In this document: piece after piece, positions 24,601 through 48,630 of the stretch
Numbering within the stretch: position 1 is the first letter of the stretch
Layout of the letters: every line of letters begins with the position of its first letter
NCBI GenBank assembly: GCA_000934665.2
Contig: JYFJ02002020.1
Span: 1 to 64,000, forward strand
Direction of reading: 5' to 3'
DNA from: Catajapyx aquilonaris
Lineage: Eukaryota
Length of the DNA stretch: 64,000 nt
Translations under genes and position numbers: made by a program
The notes under the pieces: model-generated
Database searches by the model: none
Told to the model about the DNA's origin: nothing
Seen by the model: the letters and a program-made list of their open reading frames with translations, nothing else

Positions 24601-27216
24601 TTACACGACAAAATATTATAAATATATTATTATTTCAGGTTTCACCAGATACAATAGTCGTCTATACTGATCCTGCCAGCCCTCATGCACAGGAGTGGTA
24701 TACATCAAGATTGACAAATGAACAAAATCTTCAACCTTGGGATGGACTTGATTTTGTAATGAATTCTTATGGCTCGATTTATTGTACATTATAAACTTAT
24801 CGATGGAAATGTAGCATTTTTCCACCATTGATTCCTATTCTATTCTCATCATGTACTGCATCTTACAACATTTCTTTTTCTTATTTCGACAGAGTGAACC
24901 ACCAACAATTGAAGACGGAGACGCTCGATATGGCAGATGCAGGGTGAACTTGTACAACAATCCCCCTTACAAACCTAGAGGTGAGTTTCACCAATGACGA
25001 CCTAACGTGTGCTCCTCTTAACATAACTTTCTATTTCTTCACGTGTCTTTCAATACAGGTCTTCAAGAGCTGATTACGGGGACCACATGTGCTGACGATC
25101 GACAATATGATGAGAATCTCCTCTACGATTCGCGCAACTTGCAGGGACTGCAACACTGTAATGTCATTTACAAGTAAGTTAATATGACCTATTATGCTCT
25201 TCAGGTGAATGACAAAAGTGATTCTGGAGTGACTAATTAGGCACTATTTACCACATAATGCAATGTAACCAATGCAAAGTAGAGTGTCAACAGACTAATA
25301 CGTTATATTGCATCACTACAATCTCATCTCGAAGTTATTGGTCACTGAATTTCTTTCCAAAACTAATATATGCTCTTCATACTTATTTTAGTGCCATCAT
25401 TCAACAGACAAATACGAGACCATTTGTTGTAACCCGATCGAGCAGCAGTTTCCCTTCGATTGGTAAATTCGCAGCAGTCTCTTTCGGCCATAACCTAGAA
25501 AGTTGGGACGATATGAAAAAGGCCTTTATCGGTATGAGCTATTTTCATTTATTCATTACACCAATAAATGACGGAATCCTTTGGTTACAGAACTTGTGAA
25601 AACGAGTACGTCAGCGACTCCTTTGGTCGGACCTAGTATAAGTGAGCCCACAGGAACTGGAAGCCCTGAGCAAACTGAGCGTTACTGTAGATGGTTTCAG
25701 TTTCTATCCTTCAACACTCTCTGCAGAGTGGTTAGTAGCCTCCAAGAGACAAAGCCAACAATGTCTCTGTGAGCCCAGAAATGACATTATTACTCTCCAG
25801 CCTCAAGACCTGTCTGCATATGGCGAAGAGGTTGCGGCCGTTGCGAAAGATGCCTTTTTGATACGCTACACTCTCCTGCCTTATCTGTACTGGCTCTTTT
25901 ACACGTTCGTCACAAAAGGAACACCAGTGGTCCGAGCTTTGCAGCACGTGTATGTATAATCGTCATTACATCATAACTACAAGGGAGGAACAAACTAGAG
26001 AATATTACCCACTGATACTATCTTTCGCACACTAAATTTCTATTAACTTTGTCCCTAGAAATGGTGAACATAGGTCGATTTTACACCTCACAAAATTGTG
26101 ATTTTAGATATTAATATCAAATTCAATTGACAAAAAGTGCTCTGAAGACTTCATACTTATTGTTAAAATGAATTGTTAATCAGATAATTAGGCTTACTCT
26201 TGTCTGTTCCAGATTCCCAAAGGACATACATGCGAGGGACACATACACACAATTCCTGTGGGGAAAAGGAATTCTGTTTTGCCCGGTTTCGGAGCCAGTA
26301 CGTCATCATATTTTTTTCTCTCTCTTAATATTCTTAAAATGCTTTCATTTCTCTCGTGAATATTTCAGGGCGAATATGTGAAAGTATACTTCCCCCCATC
26401 TGAACTTTGGTATGAATATGACACTGTAAGTAAAGTTGCCTACAACCTTCACTGTTTATTCTGTATATTCCTGTTATACTGACTCATGGTATTTGTGACA
26501 GGGCAAGCTAGTAACTACCACGGGGCGAAAGCAGAAGATATCAGCTCCGAAGCAGACCCTGCCAGCATTTGTACGCGGAGGTACCATAATCCCCACACAA
26601 GAACCGGCGCTGAATACAGAAGAGAGGTAAACTGACAACTTGCAGTCCCTGAAAACAATAGTGCTGTAATATATTATCATTTACTTTACCTATAGTTGGA
26701 GAACCCCTCTAGGGTTGATTGTGGCTCCTGACGAACGTGGAAAGGCTGAGGGAGAAATTTTCTTGGATGATGGCAAATCTCTAGGTAAACTTAATTATAC
26801 ATTATGAATCTCAGCACTTGCTACATTGATGCTCACTTTTGTCTGCATTGTCACGTTTCAGGAACTATTACCGACAAAAAATATTACACTGCAACAACGA
26901 GATTTGCCGACAATACCTTGAGGGTGATTCCCCAAGACACTAATTGCGAGGAGTCAAACAGCCGGAAATATGGACTGTGCCGAATCTTCACACGCAATAA
27001 AGTGGAGAGAGTGAGGGTTAATGGAAAAAGACACGATTATGTGCAAAACCCAGACACCAAGGTAATCATACATGCTCTAGTAGAAATAACAATTACTTAC
27101 ACATTTCGTCTTTAAAACTGCATTATTGTCCACAGGAAATAACTGTCGATGCAGCTAGTAGAAATATACGAATCGACCAGCCTCTCACTATAACATTGAT
27201 CGAATCCTCAGCCTAA
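21660..27216 (+). CDS. GH31 copy 4: intact ORF, about 6 trefoil-like units, predicted catalytically inactive
   Basis: ATG 21660 MKHIMGSSHLLFIAASHFM|IAVSG. All exons splice in frame at paralogous positions to stop TAA 27214-27216. Active-site motifs are altered (GLDF|SEP, SFGHN, GPSISEP, no RNHN). Confidence 0.88.
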
Positions 27217-29840
27217 CTTTGAGAAATGCGTGGCATCCTTCATAAATCAACGTAGTCACGATGCTGCGTAATTATGGAAAGAGAATGGTAACGTAATAAC
27301 GAAGACCGATGTATGGTGTGTGCAACCATGTAGCTTGTTTTTAAATATTCATATTCTTTAGCGTGTTGATCAGTAGTTATTAATAAATATATAATGTACT
27401 CCCTTTTGTTCCATCTCCCCTTATACTTTGAATTTCTGTGACATATAATAAATTGTTAATGGATACTGAAGGATAATAATTATGTGCCCTTCCATATTGT
27501 GTACAACTGAATGTCTCAATAAAACAATTTATCGGATTGAGGTCCAACAAAGTATGTCTTTTTTTAAAGGTCAAAATTAAATCCATTTCTTCATAACCCC
27601 CATGCAGTTGATCCTTCTGGAGGATTTAAAACTATTACTTCTTGTTTCAGCGTATTTTCATTTAAAGTGATATAATAAAATAATATCTACGCTACTTCGT
27701 AATGTGTCACCAGACCAATAAACCACTGAATGAGCCAATCAAGACATCGCAAATCGTACCCGCTCACACCTATCCCACTTTTGCACAAAATGTCCGATAC
27801 GCCTGGCATTAAGTTCCAAAAGTGACCAATGGAAAGGTCATCCAGGGAAATATTTAGAATTTTCAAACAGAAACTGGCTATAAGCGGTAGAGTCTAGAAC
27901 AAGTGTCACTTGCTTGCACTTTGTGTCCTTTGCCCACGTTTTGTGATTTTCTGTCAGTTTATCGTTGTTATTCGGCTTTTGCTCTGGGTTGTGACCTTAT
28001 TTTATACCTTAGTAGTTAGTACTTGAGGCCTGTAAAATTTTTCATTTTCTGTAACATTATCCTCCATACGCCAGCAAAAGTTTTTTTTTGCCTATTTAAG
28101 GGTTCATTTGGGCCTATTTTAGAGTATTTTCGTGCCTAAAAATCCGGACTCTAGGTGTGATATAAATTCCTCGGTGACAAAACCTATAGAATACGGCATA
28201 ATTATTCTCCATGAGTGATTCACGCCAGACATGTCATTAATATTGGTGTATGGAAACGCATGAAAATGTACACAGTAGAGAGAAACTTGAAGTAAAGATG
28301 GAAGATAATTGTGTCGTCTATTTTAGGACTCAATTATTATTGTGGACGACCGAGGGAGTAACAAGATCCAGGGATATACTGTATAAACCCCTTTAGTACA
28401 CCCTGTACACACAGTATGGAGCTATCCTGAGCACACCTCTTGATGATTTGGCATGGAATGATTGTTCTGGGTACCACTTAACATTACAATAGCAGGAAAC
28501 AATCAGGCTTGAAAACTTCACCTGTTATAGAACACATGCGACTTACATTGTGAACAGAGAGACTACTTTGCATGGGATCGCTAATCCTCTTACTAGGAAT
28601 ATTTCTCGCCTGACTTCAGCAATTCTTTTTCATTACTCATATTACAAGGAGCTGCACAGAAGAAATTACAAACCTGAATCACTAGCCGTCAATGTGACAA
28701 CATAGTAAAATATGAATATCAATTTCCATAGTTTCACCACCAGTATTAAAAGAATAATAACCTGACCTAGACAAGCGAAATAGCAGATATAAATATTAAT
28801 ATTTGCAATGATTGTAATTTTATCATCTGAAATGGATGTAATTACTCGGATATGAAGTACTTAACGGTTGGTACCGGTACGTGACCAACTGCATACAATC
28901 TGCTACGACCACGACCAAGGTCAGCACGGATACTTCAAATATAACCTGACGGTAGCATATGAGTCATATGACTGTGTTCAACTTTACCCAAATTGGAACA
29001 TTTTAAAATTCACTAATGCTTTATTTTTAAATATGTTGCATCTTAATAATAGGAACTCATAATGAATAATTTTTGTTGTTGTTGTACCCGGTGATGACCC
29101 TTACGGGTTCTATAGGGGGTGGTACACCACCACTTTTCAATCAATTTTCTAATTTTTTATCTTCACTCCGGTGCAGGGAAACAAGGACATTGGGTAAAGA
29201 TATGTATTTTTGGAGAGGACACATTGGTGCAAGTGCATTGTCTGAAAAGGGGTCATGTGCTGTTCGCCAGGAGGTTAGGTTGCCAGACACCTCCTTGGTG
29301 CAGGTCAGAGACCCTCCTGACACAGGTGGAAGGGAACTCCCTCGTGTACATTTCTCTTACTTGATAAAAATTTATTTATTCATCATGTACTTCCACAATA
29401 CGTAATTTTGGTCACTTTATCATGACATGAACATTTCAAGAATTTGACATGATTGTCTGCATAATGTGTGAGATTTGGTGTCTGGTAGACTAAATTACAG
29501 CTTTTTACTCTGAACATGAACTTTCATGTCCAAGTTCATGCCTTTCAAATGCTAATAGAGGTAGTCTGTGAAGCCCATCTGGAAGTTATATACTTAGACT
29601 CAAACAGACTCGTAAAAAAAATATTCAAAAGTAACACATTTCAATTGTTCTCCAATGACAAAGTAAAACGAATATTTACGAAGCTTACCTCAGTTCTGCA
29701 CTACGTGTTCAATTTCTGACTGATAGAGACATGCGCAATTCTATACTAAGAAAATTTCTGAACATCCTCACATAAAATTATTCATTGGGGTAATATAACG
29801 CTCCCTGAATTTCTGTTCACTCTAGCCTGAGAAGACCAGA

Positions 29841-35847
<6,007 letters not shown>

Positions 35848-36296
35848 AAGCCATGAAAACTGTGCAGCATACTTCATAAATCAACGCAGCCATGATACTG
35901 TGTAATATTAATGAAAGAAAATGACAACGTCATAATACACGACAGATGTATGGCGTGTGTTGCTTTGAAGAATTCATATTCTTTAATATGTTGATCCGTA
36001 GTTATTCATAAAAATATATACTGTATTCCAATTTGCTATACCTCTCCTTTCACTTTGAATTTTTGTGACATGTATATGAATGTTCTTTGGGTGTTCCATT
36101 ATACGGAAATTAATAAATAGTTGATTAGCGATTACTTTCAGTGTCTAATTGGCTCTAATTGGCTGCTGTTTAAAATGCTACAATATTACCTGGTCCACCA
36201 AATGCAACTATATAGTCCGTTAGTTTCAGAAGCATAACTGGCAAGAGCATCGTCAAGGTATCTACAGGGTAAGAAATAAGAAACCTCACTAAGTCA

Positions 36297-36368
36297 TCCG
36301 GTATGGTCTAGTGGTTAGGATACCCGGCTCTCACCCGGGAGGCCCGGGTTCGATTCCCGGTACCGGAA
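36297..36368 (+). tRNA. tRNA-Glu (CTC), about 290 bp upstream of copy 6
   Basis: Identical to the 10648 copy, but only TTT follows immediately (weak terminator). Confidence 0.95.
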
Positions 36369-36657
36369 CTTTATGAAAGAGAAAATGTCATCTCGAATGC
36401 ATTTTGGCAAAACTTAAAAGATGCGGAGTTATTTTGTAGCTCCGCGGAAAAAGAATTTCACTAATACGTCACTCGGCAATTCAATTATAGTGTATATTTA
36501 AAAAGACGTGTATGAGTCGACCTACAGGTCAGGCTTGTTACTGACCCATAGATGCCCTTGACTCCGAAAAGCATTACGTCTGCTGATAGGATAAGGATGA
36601 CAGAAAGGGATGTCTCAAAACCGGCTGGTTAAGCTAACCACGCACGAAAGTCACAAC

Positions 36658-41897
<5,240 letters not shown>

Positions 41898-41904
41898 TAA
41901 AAAA

Positions 41905-43339
41905 TCAGTCGGCATGGTAGTACTTGGGATTATGGGGATAGAGGCGCCTACTGTCGGGAAAGGGGCTCAGCTTTTCACGACTAGAGCGGAACCTCTGCTC
42001 TATTACTTTGTCATAAAAGCGAGTCAGTTTGATGGATGAACTGGATCCTGGAGCAAGAGATCGGACTGCGTTGCAATCCTGTTGGAATAAAAATAACAAT
42101 TTCAGTAATACATTGTTGCCAACAATTTCGTACCATGTCTTTTGTCTTTTATGTCTTGCTCAGTTTCCTCTACCCACCACACCATAGTTTAAAAGTTATT
42201 TTTCCTAATGGAAATTGCACATAAAAATATGGAATTCCAATGGACTTATACGGAATTACGCTGTTCACTTTGACACTTTCACTCTGGAAGCTGCGAGGTT
42301 GAATGCTGTGGCACTAACCCCTACACCAATATGCTGCCCTGAATGGTCTTTATGTGATGCCTTTGGGACCCTTTGGTCACTCTACCAGAGTTAATTCATG
42401 CCACATGTACTTACTGCGAAAAACACTGCAGTTTATTCAAATGAAAGTGAGTGTGACACTCTCACAACGCCAAAGTCATTATGAGAAAATTACAAAAACG
42501 GCCACTAATTGAAAAATCGGAACAACTTTGTAATATGACTGTAAAAAATATGTACCAGAAATATTTCATCGGCTCCACACTCTTCTGCAACTGAAGCTAT
42601 TCTCTTGTATTGCTGAGGTCTGGCTTCATCTACCAAGTCCAATTTTGTACCAATTACCAAAATAGGAACCTGCGGGACACCAACAAATTGCTCGGGATCA
42701 TAATCATCAAAGGAGCCTCTGGACTTGGATCCATTGCCTTTGTTGAGAATCTCAGAGAGCCAGCGATGAAGGTTTTGATGTGACTTCCGGTTCGTCAAGT
42801 CATGCACTAGGATAATCCCTGGAGGGGGAAAAAAAATGAGCAAATGAACAACATCTTGCATGACATCATATTGAACCATACCATGCACAGCATTGTAGAA
42901 AACATATCTGGAGTTCCTGTGGCTGCTGCTCCCGCCCATATCCCACATCTCGACAAAGTACGTGTTCTGCTGCGGTGTACCTTCCTTATACTCATGCAGC
43001 TTGACATCCACCGCACAGCCTATCGTCCACGACGGATTGCTTATCGGTTCATTGTGGCAGATCAGGTGCACCAGCGATGACTTCCCAACACCTGAAGAAT
43101 GCGAGTGTGTCAAACATGTTTATTGCTTACTCGTAATGCCAACCACACTACAATTATTCTTTTTAAACGCTTATAAACCAGTACAGTGCAGTACATTTAT
43201 GATTTTGGAGCATTTTTAGCAGCACAACTCTCTAAACATAATTCTAAAGAACATGCCTTTGCCACAATTGTACTCCACGTAATAATTCCTCACCTGAGTC
43301 ACCCACGACCAGGACCTTAACCTTGTCAATGGCAGCCAT
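41905..43339 (-). CDS. RABL3: Rab-like protein 3 (small GTPase), 4 exons
   Basis: MAAIDKVKVLVVGDS|GVGKSSLVHLICHNEPISNPSWTIGC...WDMGG...GIILVHDLTNRKS...VIGTKLD, and last exon DCNAVRSLAPGSSSSIKLTRFYDKVIE...HAD*. These match RABL3 signatures. Confidence 0.93.
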
Positions 43340-43434
43340 TCCATCCGAATTCCACTCGAAAAATGAGAAGAAAATTCAACCGAAAAGCGAATCGAACGTT
43401 TTCTAATCAAACGACGTCCATCTTGGATCTCCCT

Positions 43435-43448
43435 GTTCCGTTGGCAAC
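43435..43448. promoter_or_regulatory. Candidate RFX X-box in the RABL3/ARL13B divergent promoter
   Basis: GTTCCGTTGGCAAC: one perfect GGCAAC half-site and one imperfect half-site. Confidence 0.4.
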
Positions 43449-43954
43449 CCTGCCCAATTGTCGACTCAACAATTGCGAAGTGTAATCAGCTTTACATTGG
43501 AATCCATCTGATTGTTTTCTTTTGGAACGTGGATACGAGGTTTGGAACATGAGGCGTCGGATAATAAGACCAGGGGCGAGCATATCCTGTTGGCACCACC
43601 CTAATTACAGGATCAGATAATTTTACTCTTTTTTTTTTTCCTGTCGATTTGACACTTGCGACACTCGACGCCTGCCAGAAAGGCCCACCTCCTGAGGTCA
43701 CAGGTCGCATCAGAACATGACCTAGGACGGACCAGCACCACGGGGACAGAGTCAGGTTGTTACATCCTATCACTACCTGATGATTGGAACAGGCTCGTTT
43801 TTTGAAGGGCAATTAGCAATGATTAGCAATGTTCCTTTTAACCAAGAGTAATTTACTCTTGTTTTAACGGAACACACGAAATGTCATGTACGGAAGGACC
43901 GGATTACTAAACGTGATTGTCATTTCAGGACTGGCAGTACGAGCAACAGGCAGT

Positions 43955-46912
43955 ATGTACTCGTGCTGCGCCCTTTGCGGCAGTGGGGATTCCGCAGCTG
44001 TTGTGAGGAAAATCACCCTTTTGCTTGTTGGGCTTGACAATGCTGGGAAGACCACCATCGCCAAGGCACTTGTTGGAGGTCTGGCATGATTTTAATGCAG
44101 ACAATTTGCAGATATTGAACGTGTTGGAAACTAATTTCAGAACCACTGGATACAGTAGCACCGACCGTGGGCTTCTCTGCCTTCTCACTGAAGCACCGGA
44201 AATACCAAGTGTCAATATACGACCTGGGAGGTGGGCCACGGATACGAGGCATCTGGCACAACTACTTTGCGGATGTAAGTGTTGGTTTCTGTGCGACTGT
44301 CTCGTGACTGACTGATTCTCATTACCTTCAGGTGCATGGACTAATTTACGTGGTTGACGCAAGTGACACGGCACGACTGGAAGAGAGCAGGAAGATTCTC
44401 AGTGGCTTGCTTCAACACAAGCAACTGGCAGGAAAACCAATGCTTTTGTACGTTTGGTTTTAATGTTGCATTGACCTGAGCATAAAGTTGGAGATGGCAG
44501 GCCCTCCCCTTAGGCAGTATGCTCTGCCAATCCCTGCCTTTAATAAATACACAAACACATGCCTAAAGCAGCTAACTTGGGCCAAAGAAGAATCCATTAA
44601 TTTGAGTCGGATAAAGGAATGTCAGTGAAGGCCCGCACCGTCTCCAACTTGATGCTCGGGGCTGTACATTAGGGTGGATCGATTTTTTTTTTTTTTTTTT
44701 GAAGATTTCAAAACCTATGCAGAAAAGATGTTCTATGGTATATAGATTAAGGGAAAAATAAAATAAATAATTAATTTTAAGGTTAAACGCTGCTGCAAAA
44801 AGGTTGAAGTTTAGGTATTTGAGCATTTATATGGTAGTATTGAAAGTGATTTTTGTTAAAATGAAACGGGCAGATGCTACCGTGACAATTTTGACTACTC
44901 GTTCTGTAGCTTGAGTGTGGCAGGGAAACTCCTTGATGGTAGGTAGGATGGTCGCATGAATGATTACTGGGTTTACCATTGCTTCTGAAATCGTGTCATC
45001 ATTAAATCGTTCAGTCAGTGGGGGCTCAGTCACATTTTCTCACTTAATCAAGTCCACATAAAGGATATACAAGTTCATGTCGATATGTCAAATAGAGCAT
45101 TCGCTTTCTTTCGAAAGGTGTCAATCTGATTACAATAGCTTTCAACGTTTTTTCTTGCTTTGTAAGATTTAAGAAGAGAGCGATACTTGTCGTGGTATGA
45201 ACGTACTTTTCTCAAAACCCTGTAGTGGTCAATTATTGGGATTGAAGCTCGTTTCCAGGTCTCTTCTAACTTATTTGCAACTTCTTCACACGCTGTGGAA
45301 AGTGTAGAAACTGCTTCCTTGTGTCGGTTCTCTTTTGAATGCCAAAATATGCACCTTATTAGGTTTTTCGTAGATAGGAAGCACAATCGGCACCATATCT
45401 CAGCCAGTCCCAAATATAGGGCAAATCATATATTTTCTTAACATCGCCATAGTGCTCTACTTGTCCAAGTACACAAACACATTTCATGCAATATAATAAT
45501 AATTTACTTGACTTACCGAGAACAGCGCTCATGCGTGCTATTCTGTCGGCCGCTGGCAGTGAACTGATCGGGTTTACCAAAGAGCAGTAATGCTACTACA
45601 GACATCTTCCCCTCACTCTTAGCCCCACCCCTTACCTGCCTGCCACGTGGGTAAGATTCCATGACGTAGATCGTCTCTGCGTTGAATACCGGTTTGACGT
45701 TATGGAAGGGCAGGAGACGGAAGAAAGCAGGGATTGCCTCTGAGAAGCATGCCTGTAGTAGTATTACTGCATATATTTTTTCTTCATACAAGTGCAATCC
45801 AACTTACTGTATCATCAGTCCAAAAAGGATTGTCCCTCACGTCGAGCGGGCAGCCACGTGTCAGGATGAAAGGAACCAGTTAACTGGTTGCTTTCATCCT
45901 GATGCGTGGCTGCTCGCTCGACGCGAGGGACAATCCTTTTTGAACCGTTGATACATGTCACAATGAAACAGATTTCATAGTTACGCATTAAGTGACATTC
46001 CTCTCTGGCTTTCAGGCTGGCCAACAAGCAAGACTGCGAGAATGCCCTGGATGAGATTGAGATAGTGGAGCGGCTAGAACTGGAGGCTCTGGTTAACCAG
46101 CAAAAGTGTCCCACCCGTGTTGAGACCTGCTCTGCCTGTCCGCCTGTTCCCAGCCAGAGAGGGTGGATAGAAGTGTGTAGCAAGCGGAGGCGGGGAAAGG
46201 GAAGAGGCAGGAGGAGAATCGGGGGTGACCCAGGGGTGAAGCAGGGTTTCAGGTGGCTGGTGGCCACGGTGGTTGGGGACATGGACCAGATAGGTCAGCG
46301 GGTGGAGAGGGACACTGCCGAGGCCAGAGCGAAGCAGGAGGAGGAGAAGAAGGCAAGGGCATTGCGAGTCAAGGCGTCCAGGGAGGAGAGGGGAGAGGAG
46401 GAAGTGGAAGCAGGAGATGATAGGGTAGGGTTCAGGCCTATTGAAGAGGTCACAAGCGACCTGGAAAGAAGAGAGAGGGAAGATGCTGCCCACAATGGCG
46501 GGGCAGGCCATCAGGCGGAGGCTCACCTCAACGGCCATGCAGCTACACCAACCATTAAGCGTAAGCTACTTGATTTCTTCTAGATGTTTGTTTACATTGG
46601 CAACATAACTCGTGTATTTCCACAGAATTTGAGCTGGAAGATAGCAAACCAAAGAAGAAAAACCTGCTGAAGAAGTTGAACAAGACGGCCCCAATGGTGG
46701 ATCCGAATGAAGAGAGCCCAAAGAAATTCCTCCCGCCCATCAGCCTGGCCGGCAGTATTGCAGCCCCATGGATTAAATCTCCGCTCGGATCTGGGGAGGG
46801 TGCGGAGAGGTCTTCCTCGCAGCAGTCTCGCCACTCAGGGCTTGTCACGCACAATTGGGGTCTGGCTGAGGATCTCGAAGTTGTGGAGGCAGCCACACCA
46901 AAGAAAGCTTGA
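43955..46912 (+). CDS. ARL13B: ADP-ribosylation factor-like 13B-type ciliary GTPase, 5 coding exons
   Basis: N-terminal [33 protein letters not shown] (Gly in place of the catalytic Gln, typical of ARL13); YVVDASD; LANKQD; then coiled coil RVERDTAE...RV. Exons 43955-44078, 44141-44274, 44331-44447, 46016-46560, 46626-46912. Confidence 0.9.
44670..45500 (-). mobile_element. Internally deleted DNA transposon remnant (hATm-like) in ARL13B intron 3
   Basis: Terminus TAGGGTGGATCGATTTT at 44670. Minus-strand ORF pieces ETWKRASIP...[12 protein letters not shown] (N-terminal-like) abut TEPPLT...[19 protein letters not shown] (C-terminal motif of arthropod hAT-related transposases). The second terminus was not found. 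Confidence 0.65.
45809..45954. repeat. Near-perfect ~146-bp palindrome (hairpin) in ARL13B intron 3
   Basis: Arms CAAAAAGGATTGTCCCTC...CAGGATGAAAGGAACCAG and CTGGTTGCTTTCATCCTG...GAGGGACAATCCTTTTTG are centred on CAGTTAACTG. Confidence 0.9.
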
Positions 46913-47432
46913 TGGCCTAGCTGCTTCTTGCATTGAAACGTATTTTCCATGCCGTCCAGAAACCCTGGGGTTTTCCTCATGTCTGCACCATGTCAACATA
47001 TAGTGTGACGCACGCATTTTAACACTGATGCCAGCACATTCTAGTCAATGTTAGTCAAGGCTTGAATCAGTGTCAAATTCGGTCATGCTTGCCGTGATCA
47101 AGAAATCCGTCCCCAACTGAAAAACGCCGGCCTGATTTTTGTACTTGTGATCTCATAATTTTTCCACATTTTATATTTTATAATGCATTTTAAGCTATCT
47201 GAGAAATAAAAATATGCCGTTTTATTTTACAACAATAATGTATTCGTTATTTCCCCACAGGAAAACTACAATTTGCAAATGTTACATCTCCAATATGGAT
47301 GCAATGACCTTTTTTATCATAATTACACACGTGTCCTCCACATGTCCTTCCTCCTAATGGCAAACACAGAAACGCATAAGAAAAAAAACGAAAGAAACAT
47401 CAAGCGGTAATCAGTGCTGCTGGTGGTTCGAC

Positions 47433-48113
47433 CTAAGTGGATTCAGCAGTTGCCTTGTCGTCACCCTTCTTTCCAGACTGCTTGATGCGATAATCGCTCA
47501 GTGCAGCCTTTATGGCATCCTCAGCCAGCACTGGTAACGGAAAGATATGTCAGGTTTCACAGTACGGTTTAAGGCTAATTACAGGGCATACTTGAGCAAT
47601 GCAGCTTGACGGGTGGCAAGCGCAGCTCCTTTGCAATGTCTGTGTTCTTCAGCTTCAGTGCCTCGTCCACCTGTGAAAAGAAGCTCATTTTTTACTCTGA
47701 AACATGGGTATGCGCGAGGTACGTACAGTCTTGCCCTTAACCCATTCGGTAGCGAGTGAGCTGGAAGCGATGGCAGAACCGCATCCAAAAGTCTTAAACT
47801 TTGCATCAACAATCTTCCCATTGTCGTCCACCTTAATCTGCAGCTTCATCACATCTCCGCAAGCCGGAGCACCAACCAGGCCTGTTCCGACCTGCTTATC
47901 CTCCTTATCCAGCGACCCCACATTCCTGGGGTTCTCATAGTGATCAATCACCTGAAATTAATAAATAATTACAACCCCAAAATGGGTGACCCCTGACCCC
48001 CTTCCAAGTACCTTCTCATGATAGTGCAAAGCAGGTGTGCTTGCGCTCTTGTTCGTAGTCTCCAGGAAGGTCCTTGGTATCAGCTGCCTGGACACAGCCC
48101 GGATCAAAGCCAT
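47433..48113 (-). CDS. ISCU: Mitochondrial iron-sulfur cluster scaffold protein, 4 exons
   Basis: Presequence MALIRAVSRQLIPR, then YHEK|VIDHYENPRNVGS...GAPACGDVMKLQI...FKTFGCGSAIASSS, LPPVKLHCS and LAEDAIKAAL. Stop at 47433-47435. Confidence 0.96.
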
Positions 48114-48300
48114 CACCGGGTTTTAGGGTCACACGAGGTCAGCAAATTCAATGCGAGGTCAGCTAATGCAATGCGCACTTGTTCTATAACCAGAACGTTC
48201 GAATCCGACACTATCGATTGTTGCAAAAATTATTGTCATTTTTAGTCTCATAATGATGGCGATACCAAGTAGCAAACTTTTTCTGGTCGGGAATTGTTGC

Positions 48301-48314
48301 GTCACTATGGCGAC
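48301..48314. promoter_or_regulatory. Candidate RFX X-box in the ISCU/CCDC81 divergent promoter
   Basis: GTCACT-AT-GGCGAC fits the RYYNYY-AT-RRNRAC X-box consensus. Confidence 0.5.
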
Positions 48315-48630
48315 ATGTTTGTTTGAAAAAATTTCGTCAGGTTTTTGGTTCTGGGCACCCCGAGGCAGGTGTACTCCGTCGGGGGGTTTTTATACACGAC
48401 GGTGGACCCTTCTGGAGGAGTCGACCCGGGGATATACATTTTGGGGGAAGGAACCAACCGACCGGGTGAGGAAAACATTGTTGCAATAATTGCAAGTGTG
48501 TAAATGCAACTCGAATATATGAAATTCGAACAATTGTTGTGTATTTTTACTGACAGTAATTTTTCATTTTCAGGGCCACTTTTTGGGAAGTACAAAAAAA
48601 AAAAAGGACTAGGAAATAATAGAGCTGGTC

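Noticed and set aside
21660..27216. Calling GH31 copy 4 a pseudogene
   Set aside because: No stop or frameshift was found in any exon, splice sites are preserved, and changes concentrate on active-site motifs.
27600..29450. Possible transposon or gene remnants between copies 4 and 5 (terminus-like AATCCGGACTCTA at ~28141; exon-like GEDTLVQVHCLKRGH at ~29212)
   Set aside because: I could not find a partner terminus or a recognisable domain, so there is too little support to call a feature.
45815..47017. Several 100-155 aa minus-strand ORFs
   Set aside because: They are antisense shadows of GC-rich ARL13B exons 4-5 and the intronic hairpin.
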